NCBI GenBank assembly: GCA_902623255.1
Contig: CACNSY010000006.1
Coordinates: 21,566 to 85,565 of the forward strand
From: an uncultured Alphaproteobacteria bacterium
GTDB taxonomy: Bacteria; Pseudomonadota; Alphaproteobacteria; HIMB59; GCA-002718135
Reading direction: 5' to 3'
Length of the DNA stretch: 64,000 nucleotides
The position numbers were made by a program, and so were the translations under genes. Position 1 is the first letter of the stretch. Each line of letters begins with the position of its first letter. Of the stretch, positions 1 to 9,189 are shown in pieces. The notes under the pieces were generated by a model. The model did no database searches. It saw only the letters and a list, made by a program, of their open reading frames with translations, and had not been told where the DNA came from.

Positions 1-272
1 GTAGAGAAATATCATCTAAGCCAAAAATATTAATTATTTCACATCCAACTTGGGGAATAGATGCTGGTGCTGAGCATTCTATAAGAGAGTCTTTGATAGA
101 ATTATCTCAAAATGGAACGTCTATAATTGTTATTTCTCAAGATTTAGATGAATTGATTGAAATTACTCATAAAATATCTGTTATTTATGATGGTAATTTA
201 TCCAAACCTTTTAAAACTAGTGAAATAGAAATAGAAAAATTAGGATTATTGATGGGTGGAAAAAATGAATAG
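1..272 (+). CDS. ABC transporter ATP-binding protein (sugar/nucleoside CUT2 type), C-terminal part; truncated by window start
   Basis: Frame 3 reads REISSKPKILIISHPTWGIDAGAEHSIRESLIEL...IIVISQDLDEL...LGLLMGGKNE* (stop TAG 270-272), typical of the second ABC domain (PTxGxD, SxDLDE). Overlaps the downstream permease start. Confidence 0.85.
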   Translation, partial: REISSKPKILIISHPTWGIDAGAEHSIRESLIELSQNGTSIIVISQDLDELIEITHKISVIYDGNLSKPFKTSEIEIEKLGLLMGGKNE

Positions 273-1338
273 TTTATTTCCATCTATAGTTTCTCGCTCA
301 CAGAGTTCGGGTTTAATGAATTTTTTTGTTCCTATAATATCAATAGTTTTAACTTTAATTACAGGTTCAATTATTTTTGTTCTTCTTGGTTTTGATCCAG
401 TTTATGCATTGTATACATTTTTTATTTCACCTATTTCTTCAACCTATGGTATTTCTGAATTGTTTGTAAAAGCAACTCCTTTAGCTTTAATTGCAATTGG
501 TCTCTCATATTGTTTTAAGAATAATATTTATAATATTGGAGCTGAAGGACAACTTACCATGGGTGCAATTTTTGGAGGAGGTATTGGAATATTATTTCAT
601 GATACAAATGCTTTCTGGTTGTTACCATTAATGATTTTTGCAGGAGCAATCGGAGGAGCATTGTGGGGTTTAATACCTGCAATTTTAAAAACAAAATTTA
701 ATACAAATGAAATTTTAACAAGTTTAATGTTAGTTTATGTTGCTTTATTTATTTTAGATTATTTAGTAGTGGGACCTTGGAAAGATCCATTTGGTTATAG
801 TTTTCCTAAATCAAGACCATTTAGTGAATCTGGAAGAATGCCTCTATTATTTGATGGTTTGAGGGTGCACTTTGGACTAATTATAACGCTATTTTTAATT
901 TTTGTATCTTGGTTTATATTTTCAAAAACTATTTTTGGCTTTCAATTAAAAGTATCCGGTTACAGCCCCAAAGCTGCTAGATATGCTGGTTTTAATCAAA
1001 CAACTTTAGTTTTTTTTGCTTTTGCAATTTGTGGCGCTTTTGCAGGTATTGCAGGTTTAGCTGAAGTATCTGGCCCAATTGGATTATTATATAGAGATAT
1101 TTCTCCAAATTATGGGTTTACTGCTATTATTGTTGCTTTTTTAGGTAGACTTCACCCAATTGGTATTATTTTTGCTTCTTTAGTTATCGCTCTTACTTAT
1201 CTTGGTGCTGAAGATGCACAATTGTTTTTACAAATACCTTCAGCGGTAGGTTTTATATTTCAGGGTTTGGTTTTATTTTATTTATTAGGTGCGGAATTAC
1301 TAATTAACTATAAATTAACTTACAAAAAATTATTATGA
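265..1338 (+). CDS. ABC transporter permease (nucleoside/purine, BPD_transp_2 family)
   Basis: Multi-TM protein with NIGAEGQ, NEILTSLML and GFTAIIVAFLGRLHP motifs. ATG at 265 overlaps the ATPase stop. Confidence 0.88.
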   Translation: MNSLFPSIVSRSQSSGLMNFFVPIISIVLTLITGSIIFVLLGFDPVYALYTFFISPISSTYGISELFVKATPLALIAIGLSYCFKNNIYNIGAEGQLTMGAIFGGGIGILFHDTNAFWLLPLMIFAGAIGGALWGLIPAILKTKFNTNEILTSLMLVYVALFILDYLVVGPWKDPFGYSFPKSRPFSESGRMPLLFDGLRVHFGLIITLFLIFVSWFIFSKTIFGFQLKVSGYSPKAARYAGFNQTTLVFFAFAICGAFAGIAGLAEVSGPIGLLYRDISPNYGFTAIIVAFLGRLHPIGIIFASLVIALTYLGAEDAQLFLQIPSAVGFIFQGLVLFYLLGAELLINYKLTYKKLL

Positions 1339-2204
1339 ATTTAGATTTAATACTTGGAATATTACAAATTGTTTTAATTGCAACAACACCTCTAGTTTTT
1401 GCTGGTATAGGTGAGTTAGTTACAGAAAAATCTGGAGTATTAAATTTAGGTGTAGAAGGAATGATGTTGGTAGGAGCAGTGTCCGCTTTTATTATCTTAG
1501 TAATTACTGGAAGTTATTTTTTAGCTTTTTTTGTATCTATATTATCTGGAATTATCATGTCTGGTTTATTTGCTTTTCTTGTTCTATTTTTAATGTCAAA
1601 TCAAATTGCTACAGGATTAGCATTAACTATTTTTGGAATAGGTCTTAGTTCGATGCTTGGCAAACAATATATTGGAACACCAATCGATGGTCTGTCACCA
1701 TGGTTTTTTGTTATTTTTTCTTTCTTAATTGTTTTTTTGGTTAGTTATTTTTTTTATAAAACTAAAGCTGGTTTGATTTTAAGAGCAGTAGGGGAATCCC
1801 ATAATTCTGCACATGCTCTAGGATATAGCGTTATTAAAATTAGATTTTTATCAATTTTATTTGGAGGTTCTATGTGTGCTCTTGCAGGATCATATATTTC
1901 AATTTGTTATGCTCCAATGTGGCAAGAAGGTATGACAGCTGGACGTGGATGGATAGCGTTAGCATTAGTTGTATTTGCAACTTGGAAGCCAGAAAGAGTA
2001 CTTATTGGAGCTTATATATTTGGAGGTGTTACTATTCTTCAAATGAATCTTCAGGCTTTAGGTTTAAGATTTCCTGGTCAATTTTTCAGTATGGCTCCAT
2101 ATGTTGCAACTATTATCGTATTAGTGTTAATTTCTAGCAATAAATTAAGAATAAAACTTAGTGCACCAGCTTCATTAACTATTCCTTTTTATAAAGGCAG
2201 ATAA
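1335..2204 (+). CDS. ABC transporter permease 2 (nucleoside/purine)
   Basis: EKSGVLNLGVEGMM, LRAVGE and GRGWIALALVVF motifs; 4-bp overlap with the upstream permease. Confidence 0.88.
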   Translation: MNLDLILGILQIVLIATTPLVFAGIGELVTEKSGVLNLGVEGMMLVGAVSAFIILVITGSYFLAFFVSILSGIIMSGLFAFLVLFLMSNQIATGLALTIFGIGLSSMLGKQYIGTPIDGLSPWFFVIFSFLIVFLVSYFFYKTKAGLILRAVGESHNSAHALGYSVIKIRFLSILFGGSMCALAGSYISICYAPMWQEGMTAGRGWIALALVVFATWKPERVLIGAYIFGGVTILQMNLQALGLRFPGQFFSMAPYVATIIVLVLISSNKLRIKLSAPASLTIPFYKGR

Positions 2205-2310
2205 ATATCCACTTTTTTTTTTCTATAAACATATAGAATTATTGATCAAACCCTTTTGTATATATTAAGTATATAGCTGAGTAATCGTTATATTAGCAGG
2301 TGAGGTTAAA

Positions 2311-3378
2311 ATGATTAGAATAATAACTTTTTTATCTACTTTTTTGGTATTTGCATTTGGTTCAGCATATGCAGACCCTAAAAAAGTTGGATTTATATAC
2401 ATAGGTCCTCCAGGTGATCATGGTTGGACATATATGCATGATGTAGGTAGAAAATATATGGAGAGCCAACTTGGTGACTCTATTACTACTACTTATCTTG
2501 AAAATATTCCTGAAAACGCAGATGCTGTGAGAGCAATCCGAAAACTAGCAGACTCAGGACATGATTTAATATTTACAACGTCTTTCAACTATATGGATCA
2601 GACACATGAAGTAGCTAAGGATTTTCCTGATATAAAATTTGAACATGCTACTGGGTATATCCAAGCAGATAACGTTGCTACGTATTCAGCTAGATTTTAC
2701 GAAGGTAGAATGATTGAAGGGCATATTGCTGGTCATATGACTGAAACTAATACTATTGGTTATATTGCTTCATTCCCTATTCCTGAAGTTGTAAGAGGAA
2801 TTAATGCATTTTATTTAGCAGCTTCAAAAGTAAATCCAGATATCAAAATGAAAATTATTTGGGTATTTACTTGGTACGACCCAGGTAAAGAAGCTGATGC
2901 AGCTAATACATTAATTAATCAAGGAGCTGACATAATTGTTCAGCATACTGATACATATGCTCCTTGCCAAGCTGCTCAAAAAGCCGGTGTTTATGCATTT
3001 GGTCAAGCTTCAAACCAAGAAGAATTTTGTCCTGATGCACATTTAACTTCAATTGAAGATATTTGGGGCCCTTACTATGCTGAAAGAGCAAAAGCCGTTG
3101 TGGACGGCACTTGGTCTTCTGGTGATACTTGGGATGGTATGGATAAAGGTATGGTTGTAATGTCACCATATAATACTAAACTTATGCCAGCAAGTTTAAT
3201 TCAAGAAGCAGTAAATATGGAAGTTGGAATTAAAGATGGAACTATCCATCCTTTCACGGGTCCAATTTACAATCAAGCTGGTGAGCTTGTGGTTCCTGAA
3301 GGTGAAGTAGCGCCTGATGGAATGTTACTTGGAATGAACTTTTATGTTCAAGGTATTGACGGCGAAGTACCACAATAA
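2311..3378 (+). CDS. BMP family ABC substrate-binding protein (purine/nucleoside)
   Basis: Signal peptide (AYA-D), VGFIYIGPPGDHGW, IPEVVRGINAF, TWYDPGKE; RBS-like GAGGT upstream. Confidence 0.9.
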   Translation: MIRIITFLSTFLVFAFGSAYADPKKVGFIYIGPPGDHGWTYMHDVGRKYMESQLGDSITTTYLENIPENADAVRAIRKLADSGHDLIFTTSFNYMDQTHEVAKDFPDIKFEHATGYIQADNVATYSARFYEGRMIEGHIAGHMTETNTIGYIASFPIPEVVRGINAFYLAASKVNPDIKMKIIWVFTWYDPGKEADAANTLINQGADIIVQHTDTYAPCQAAQKAGVYAFGQASNQEEFCPDAHLTSIEDIWGPYYAERAKAVVDGTWSSGDTWDGMDKGMVVMSPYNTKLMPASLIQEAVNMEVGIKDGTIHPFTGPIYNQAGELVVPEGEVAPDGMLLGMNFYVQGIDGEVPQ

Positions 3379-3391
3379 TTAAAATTCTTAT

Positions 3392-3420
3392 AACCCTCTC
3401 TCTTTTAAAGGGAGAGGTTT
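3392..3420 (+). terminator. Stem-loop after the substrate-binding protein gene (terminator or mRNA stabiliser)
   Basis: cctctctcttt pairs with aaagggagagg (one G:U pair), followed by ttt; lies between the SBP and PRTase genes. Confidence 0.5.
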
Positions 3421-3445
3421 AATTCTTAATTTCAAAGGAAGATTT

Positions 3446-3949
3446 ATGTCTGATTTACACATTAGTTGGGACGAATATAGAAGTAAAACAGAAGATTTAG
3501 CAAAACAAATTCATAAGGATGGATGGCATTTTAATCAGGTTGTATGCATCGCAAAAGGAGGTATGAGAGTAGGGGATGTAATGGCAAGAATATTTGATGT
3601 TCCTTTAGCAATTCTTTCTGTTGAATCATATAAAGGTGAGGGGGTAAAAAATAAAAGAGGTGCAATCACATTTTCTAGAGATTTAGCAAAAACAAGCCCT
3701 AACATTGGATCAAAAGTTTTAATAGTAGATGATTTGGCAGATTCAGGAATTACTCTTAAAAAAAGTATTGATTGGTTAAATCATACTTATGGTTTTTATA
3801 TAGATGAACCAATAAGAACTGGAGTTTTGTTTTATAAATCAGTATCTTCGTTTAAACCAAATTACTATGTTGATTATTTAGAAGATTCTCCTTGGATACA
3901 TATGCCTTATGAGGTTTATGAAACTATGAAACCAGAAGAACTTGGTTAA
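3446..3949 (+). CDS. Type I phosphoribosyltransferase (purine salvage, xanthine/guanine PRT-like)
   Basis: PRPP-binding motif VLIVDDLADSGIT, N-terminal ISWDEY and IAKGG, C-terminal WIHMPYE. Confidence 0.85.
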   Translation: MSDLHISWDEYRSKTEDLAKQIHKDGWHFNQVVCIAKGGMRVGDVMARIFDVPLAILSVESYKGEGVKNKRGAITFSRDLAKTSPNIGSKVLIVDDLADSGITLKKSIDWLNHTYGFYIDEPIRTGVLFYKSVSSFKPNYYVDYLEDSPWIHMPYEVYETMKPEELG

Positions 3950-4623
3950 AAAATTGAAGTAATTTCTTCAAACGCTTTCTTTTGTTTTGCAAACTTTGGA
4001 ACTTTTACATCTTTATCTGGTCGTCCAACAATAAGTAAAACAAATGGTTTTTCATTACTAGGTCTTTTCAAAATTTTATTAAGAAATGTCATTGGGCTTG
4101 GAGTGTGTGTTAACATTGCTAAGCCAGAAAAATGTAAACAAGTAATTAATATACCAGTAGCTATACCGACAGACTCTTTTACATAATAATTTTTTATTTT
4201 CTTATTTTTTGAAACTGAAAATTTTTTCTCAAATATAGCTATTAAATAAGGTGCATTTTCAATAAATTTTTTATTTTCATCAGTTCCTAAAGGAGTTAAT
4301 GCATCTAACCATTCTTTAGGAGCTTTGTACTTATAAAAATTTTCTTCTTCTTTTTCTGCTTCTATTCTAATCTTCTTTTTTACGTTTTTATTTTTTATTA
4401 CTACAAAATGCCAAGGTTGAAGATTTGCTCCACTTGGAGCTGATCCTGCAGATAAGATTGCATTTTTTATAATATTTATATCGATTTTATCATTTGAAAA
4501 TTCACGTATGCTTCTTCTTTCTTTAATTTTATTATAAAATTTTTTTGAATTAATCTTCATTTCTTTGATAGTTTGATTTGAAAATTTTAAATCTTCAGCT
4601 ATGTATTTTTTAACTTTATGCAT
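3946..4623 (-). CDS. Nitroreductase-superfamily protein, iodotyrosine deiodinase (IYD)-like
   Basis: RRSIREF, AGSAPSGANLQPWHFVV, lid region AEKEEENFY...WLDALTPLGTDENK, ESVGIA, LTHTPSP, LLIVG. Confidence 0.8.
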   Translation of the reverse strand: MHKVKKYIAEDLKFSNQTIKEMKINSKKFYNKIKERRSIREFSNDKIDINIIKNAILSAGSAPSGANLQPWHFVVIKNKNVKKKIRIEAEKEEENFYKYKAPKEWLDALTPLGTDENKKFIENAPYLIAIFEKKFSVSKNKKIKNYYVKESVGIATGILITCLHFSGLAMLTHTPSPMTFLNKILKRPSNEKPFVLLIVGRPDKDVKVPKFAKQKKAFEEITSIF

Positions 4624-4806
4624 TGGTTAGTTATTACTATTGGGATACTATTAATTTCTCTATCAATTAGTAATCCTCTATACAAACTAATTATAAAAAA
4701 ACGAATAAGATTTAATCTTTTTATTGAAATCCTGTTCAGGATAATAATGTTTTTAGTTAGTGTAATTATTATTTTTCTAGGTTTGTACTTAGAGAGTATT
4801 TCTTAG
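4618..4806 (+). CDS. Small membrane protein (two TM helices), hypothetical
   Basis: 62 aa with two hydrophobic segments separated by KKRIR; exactly fills the gap between two minus-strand genes. Confidence 0.55.
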   Translation: MHWLVITIGILLISLSISNPLYKLIIKKRIRFNLFIEILFRIIMFLVSVIIIFLGLYLESIS

Positions 4807-5135
4807 TATCTTCTAATATTTCTGTCAATTAAAGCAGCCCATGCGTCTATTCCGCCAAGTACATTAACACAATGATTATAACCTTGTGCTTTAAGCCATT
4901 TACATACAGCTTGGCTTCTTGTTCCTGTATGACACATTACAAAAATATTTTTTTTCTTATCTAATTCGGTGTATCTTTTAGCGATCTCTGAAAGTTTCAT
5001 GTGTATTGTACCTTTAATATGGGCATGATCTCTCTCAGTATCTTCTCTTACATCTATAATTTGAATTTTTTTGTCATCTTGCTTTAACTCATTTAATTGA
5101 TGAACTGTAATTTCACTGCTACTGTAAAGATCCAT
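4803..5135 (-). CDS. Rhodanese-like domain protein
   Basis: IIDVRE, AHIKG, active-site loop CHTGTRS, GGIDAW. Confidence 0.88.
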   Translation of the reverse strand: MDLYSSSEITVHQLNELKQDDKKIQIIDVREDTERDHAHIKGTIHMKLSEIAKRYTELDKKKNIFVMCHTGTRSQAVCKWLKAQGYNHCVNVLGGIDAWAALIDRNIRRY

Positions 5136-5244
5136 TATATTATCTTATTATAAATACCATTAGATTTCTACTATTTTAAATAAAATTAATTTTAAAAATT
5201 AAATTTGTTATTTCTAAGTTTTTCATGTAAGAGCGCATATCATT

Positions 5245-5544
5245 ATGACGAAGAAAATAACTTTTTCAGCTTTTGGTAGAGATTCATATTATCACAGAGA
5301 TTGGTTCAAAAAAAATGGTTTCAAATTCGATAGAAGTTCTAGAAAATGGACTGTAGAAAATTTACCAATAGATAATGCAGAAGAATTTGCCAGTTATTGT
5401 AGGAAATACGGTTTAACATTTGAACGATCAGATAGAATGATTACAGAATTTGATTACGCAGATTATCTTTGGGATGGAAGAAGGGATGAATTTATGAAAG
5501 CTTCTGAAAATATTGAAATTCCACAACCAAAAAATAAAATCTAA
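5245..5544 (+). CDS. Hypothetical protein (99 aa)
   Basis: Clean ATG-started ORF with genome-typical codons; contains KKNGFKFDRSSRKW. Confidence 0.7.
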   Translation: MTKKITFSAFGRDSYYHRDWFKKNGFKFDRSSRKWTVENLPIDNAEEFASYCRKYGLTFERSDRMITEFDYADYLWDGRRDEFMKASENIEIPQPKNKI

Positions 5545-5547
5545 TTT

Positions 5548-6465
5548 TTGTTTAATAAATTATTATCAAATAATTTAATACTTCTTATAATTTTAGCTGC
5601 AATTTGGGGATCTTCTTTTTTTGTTATTAAAATTTGTCTTTCTAGTTTTACACCTACAAGTATTGCTTCCTTAAGATTAATTATAGCATCAATTTTCTTA
5701 ATTATTTTATATTATTCATATAACAATAATCCTAAATTAAATCTCGATTTAGTTTTAATTCTCTCTTTTATTGGCATTACTGGAAATTTTTTACCATTCT
5801 ATCTGATTAGTTGGGCTGAACAATACATTCCTTCTTCTACTGCAGGGTTATTAATGTCGGTTGGTCCCTTAATAACATTACTAATGTCTCATGTTTTAAC
5901 TTCAGACGATAAGTTTACTTGGATTAAATTTTTATCAATTATTATAGGTTTTATAGGTATTATTTTTATTTTAGATATAAGTAAATTTAATTTTCAAGAT
6001 GAAAACTACATTAGTACTTTAGCAAAAATTTTTGTGATAATAGCCGCATTTGGCTATATGATTTCAAATATTGCTGCTTATAATAAATTGAAGAAATTAA
6101 GCCCTATTTCGATTACTACTTTTGCTACATTATTTGGAGCGATAATATCATTACCTTTTTTATTCTATGATTTTATTAATTATGAGAATAATATTAATAT
6201 GATATCTTTAATTTCTATTATTTATTTAGGTGTTTTTCCAACAGCTATTGCATTTCATATGCGCTATCATATAGTTAAACAATCTGGTCCGGTTTTCTTG
6301 TCTTATGTTGCCTATTTAATTCCTGTTTTTGCATTAATATGGGGATTCATATTTCTTTCTGAAAAAATAGTATTTAGTTCTGTAGTCGGAATTATTCTAG
6401 TTTTTATTGGTCTGTTTGTTGGGCAAAAAAAATCAATGAGTAAAATATCCGTAAAAAACATATAA
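5548..6465 (+). CDS. DMT/EamA family transporter
   Basis: IWGSSF, about 10 TM segments, YLIPVFALIWGFIFLSE; TTG start. Confidence 0.85.
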   Translation: MFNKLLSNNLILLIILAAIWGSSFFVIKICLSSFTPTSIASLRLIIASIFLIILYYSYNNNPKLNLDLVLILSFIGITGNFLPFYLISWAEQYIPSSTAGLLMSVGPLITLLMSHVLTSDDKFTWIKFLSIIIGFIGIIFILDISKFNFQDENYISTLAKIFVIIAAFGYMISNIAAYNKLKKLSPISITTFATLFGAIISLPFLFYDFINYENNINMISLISIIYLGVFPTAIAFHMRYHIVKQSGPVFLSYVAYLIPVFALIWGFIFLSEKIVFSSVVGIILVFIGLFVGQKKSMSKISVKNI

Positions 6466-6563
6466 TACTAATAAAACAGCAATAAAAATAGACACATTTT
6501 TGAAGTTAAAGTATTTCATTTATGGTTGAAATTTAATTTTTTATAGTCCAATATACTTTTATT

Positions 6564-7928
6564 ATGAGCGACTCAATTAAATACTTACTTGAAGAAAATA
6601 AAGCACCAAAGTTTTGGTATAATATTAATGCAGACTTACCAAGTCCACCACCACCACCATTACATCCTGGAACTAAACAACCGGCTGGTCCTGATGACTT
6701 TGCTCCTTTATTTCCAATGAGTTTAATTATGCAAGAAGTTTCTACTGAAAGAGAAATAGAAATTCCTGAGCCAGTAAGAGAAGTATACAAACAATGGCGA
6801 CCTTCTCCTTTATTTAGAGCAAGAAGATTAGAAAAGTTTTTAGATACACCAGCTAAAATTTATTACAAATATGAAGGTGTTAGTCCTACAGGAAGTCACA
6901 AACCAAATACTGCAGTCCCACAAGCATTTTTTAATAAAGAAGAAGGAATTAGTAAAATATTTACTGAAACGGGCGCAGGTCAGTGGGGAAGTTCATTAGC
7001 TTTTGCAGGTCAGATTTTTGGTATAGATATAGAAGTTTTCATGGTTAAGGTTAGTTTTGATCATAAACCTTACAGAAAATTAATGATGCAATCATTCGGC
7101 GCTAACTGTCACGCTAGCCCATCTAATTTAACTGATTTCGGTAACAAGTTATTATCAGAAAATCCTGATAACCCTGGTAGTTTGGGAATAGCTATATCAG
7201 AAGCAATAGAAGCAACTGTTAAAAGTGGAGGCAAAGCAAAATACTCACTAGGAAGTGTTTTAGGTCATGTATTAATGCATCAAACTATAAATGGTAATGA
7301 AGCCATTATGCAAATGGAGATGGCTGGAGATTATCCTGATATAATTGTTGGCTGTACAGGTGGCGGCAGTAATCTTTCTGGATTGATGTTTCCATTCTTA
7401 GGACAACAATTAAGAGGTGGTCAAAAAATTGATATAATTGGTTGCGAGCCTGCATCATGTCCTTCATTTACGAAGGGTAAGTATGCTTATGATCATGGTG
7501 ATATGGCAAAAATGACTCCATTAATTAAAATGCATACTCTTGGATCTGATTTCTTACCGCCGGCTAATCACTCTGGTGGATTAAGATATCATGGCATGTC
7601 TTATCATTTAAGCCACTTATATGAGTTAGGTCTGATGAGAGCAAAGGCTTACGGTCAAAAAGATTGTTTTGAAGCTGGTTTAACTTTTGCAAAACAAGAA
7701 GGAATTATTCCTGCTCCAGAAGGAAACCATGCAATCAAAGGTGCTATTGATGCAGCTTTAGAATGTAAAGAAAAAGGCGAGTCAAAAACTATTCTCTTTA
7801 ATTTATGTGGCCATGGATATTTTGATATGTCAGCTTATGATGATTATCTAAATGGATCAATGGCTGATGATGTTATTGATGATGATGGGATTGGTAAATC
7901 TATTTCTCAAATACCAGAAGTAGCGTAA
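6564..7928 (+). CDS. trpB2: TrpB2-type tryptophan synthase beta chain (stand-alone PLP enzyme)
   Basis: WYNI, WRPSPL, SHKPN (PLP lysine), ETGAGQWG, GGGSN, GGLRYHG, NLCGHG; no trpA adjacent. Confidence 0.9.
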   Translation: MSDSIKYLLEENKAPKFWYNINADLPSPPPPPLHPGTKQPAGPDDFAPLFPMSLIMQEVSTEREIEIPEPVREVYKQWRPSPLFRARRLEKFLDTPAKIYYKYEGVSPTGSHKPNTAVPQAFFNKEEGISKIFTETGAGQWGSSLAFAGQIFGIDIEVFMVKVSFDHKPYRKLMMQSFGANCHASPSNLTDFGNKLLSENPDNPGSLGIAISEAIEATVKSGGKAKYSLGSVLGHVLMHQTINGNEAIMQMEMAGDYPDIIVGCTGGGSNLSGLMFPFLGQQLRGGQKIDIIGCEPASCPSFTKGKYAYDHGDMAKMTPLIKMHTLGSDFLPPANHSGGLRYHGMSYHLSHLYELGLMRAKAYGQKDCFEAGLTFAKQEGIIPAPEGNHAIKGAIDAALECKEKGESKTILFNLCGHGYFDMSAYDDYLNGSMADDVIDDDGIGKSISQIPEVA

Positions 7929-7974
7929 TTTAAGTTTAAATTTTTTTTTATTTAATTAAAGGTGTTTCTTTATT

Positions 7975-9189
7975 ATGGTTGAAATTAAACCTTTTAAAGG
8001 AACACGTCCTTACAACGAAGATGCAAAAAATTTAATTGCTCCCTCTACCGATCATTTAAGTATTGAAAATATAGAAATATTTAAAAAAAATAATTATTGG
8101 AATTACTTAAAAATTTTGAATCCTGTTGGGCAATTAAAAGAAGTAGATACTCTCTTAGAAGCTAAATCACATTTTAATGAAATGAAAGAAAATGACGTAA
8201 TTAAAAAAGATAAAGAATTATTTTATTACATTTATCAAATTGAATTTAAAGGCCATACTCAACTAGGCTTTTTGTCTCTTTCTAAAATCTCAGATTTCGT
8301 AGATGAAAAAATTAAAGCGCATGAAAAAATTTATGAAACAAGGATGAGAGAAAGAGCAGAACAAATGTTAAATATAAAAACACAAATTGGTCCTATTTAT
8401 GTGGTATATAAAAAAAACAATAAGATAAAAGATTTATTATCCTCTATAATATCAAATACTCCAGATTATGATTTTGAAAGTTTTGATAAATCTATTCATA
8501 AACTTTGGTGTGTCTCTGATGAGTCTTTCATTAAAAAGCTATCTTCTTTGTTTATAAATGAGGTAGATAATTTTTATATTGCTGATGGACATCATAGAAT
8601 GGGTGCAATGAAAATTATTGGTGAATTAAATTATAATAAAAATATTTTACAAGAAGATTTTATGATAGCGGCGTTTCCAAGTGATGAGGCTAAAATATTT
8701 GATTATAATAGAGTTGTTAAAGATTTAAATGGTTTAAGTGAAGAAAATTTTTTAGACATTCTTTCTGAAAACTTCGAAATAAAAAAAGAAAAAAATCCTT
8801 TCAAACCTCAATCTAATAAACAATTTGGAATGTATCATGAAAAAAAGTGGTATTCATTATATTTTAAAACTGAATTAAAAACTGATAATTTTGTTGATAC
8901 GCTAGATATTAATATTTTAAATAATTTTATTTTCAAAAAACATTTAAATATATCTGATGTTAATAATGATGAAAGAATAAGATTTATTGCCGGATGTCAT
9001 GGTTTGGAAGCTTTGGAAAAAAAAGTTGATGAAAATAATGATAGTGTGGCATTTTCTATCTTCCCATCTTCAATAAGTGATGTTATTACGGTCGCGAATA
9101 AAAATTTGACTATGCCCCCTAAATCAACATGGTTTGATCCAAAACCTTTAGATGGCTTAGTAGTTTATGAGTTTGAAAAAAATGTATGA
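7975..9189 (+). CDS. DUF1015 family protein
   Basis: N-terminal IKPFKG, HEK, YIADGHHR, YNRVVK and C-terminal MPPKSTWFDPKP, characteristic of DUF1015. Confidence 0.85.
   Translation: MVEIKPFKGTRPYNEDAKNLIAPSTDHLSIENIEIFKKNNYWNYLKILNPVGQLKEVDTLLEAKSHFNEMKENDVIKKDKELFYYIYQIEFKGHTQLGFLSLSKISDFVDEKIKAHEKIYETRMRERAEQMLNIKTQIGPIYVVYKKNNKIKDLLSSIISNTPDYDFESFDKSIHKLWCVSDESFIKKLSSLFINEVDNFYIADGHHRMGAMKIIGELNYNKNILQEDFMIAAFPSDEAKIFDYNRVVKDLNGLSEENFLDILSENFEIKKEKNPFKPQSNKQFGMYHEKKWYSLYFKTELKTDNFVDTLDINILNNFIFKKHLNISDVNNDERIRFIAGCHGLEALEKKVDENNDSVAFSIFPSSISDVITVANKNLTMPPKSTWFDPKPLDGLVVYEFEKNV

Noticed and set aside
2205-2310. Possible purine riboswitch upstream of the BMP gene
   Set aside because: It contains only a T10 run and a weak AT-rich hairpin (ttctata/tatagaa); no recognisable aptamer consensus.
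6645-6659. (CCA)5 repeat in trpB2
   Set aside because: It encodes the proline-rich N-terminal segment normal for TrpB2 proteins; it is not a contingency repeat.
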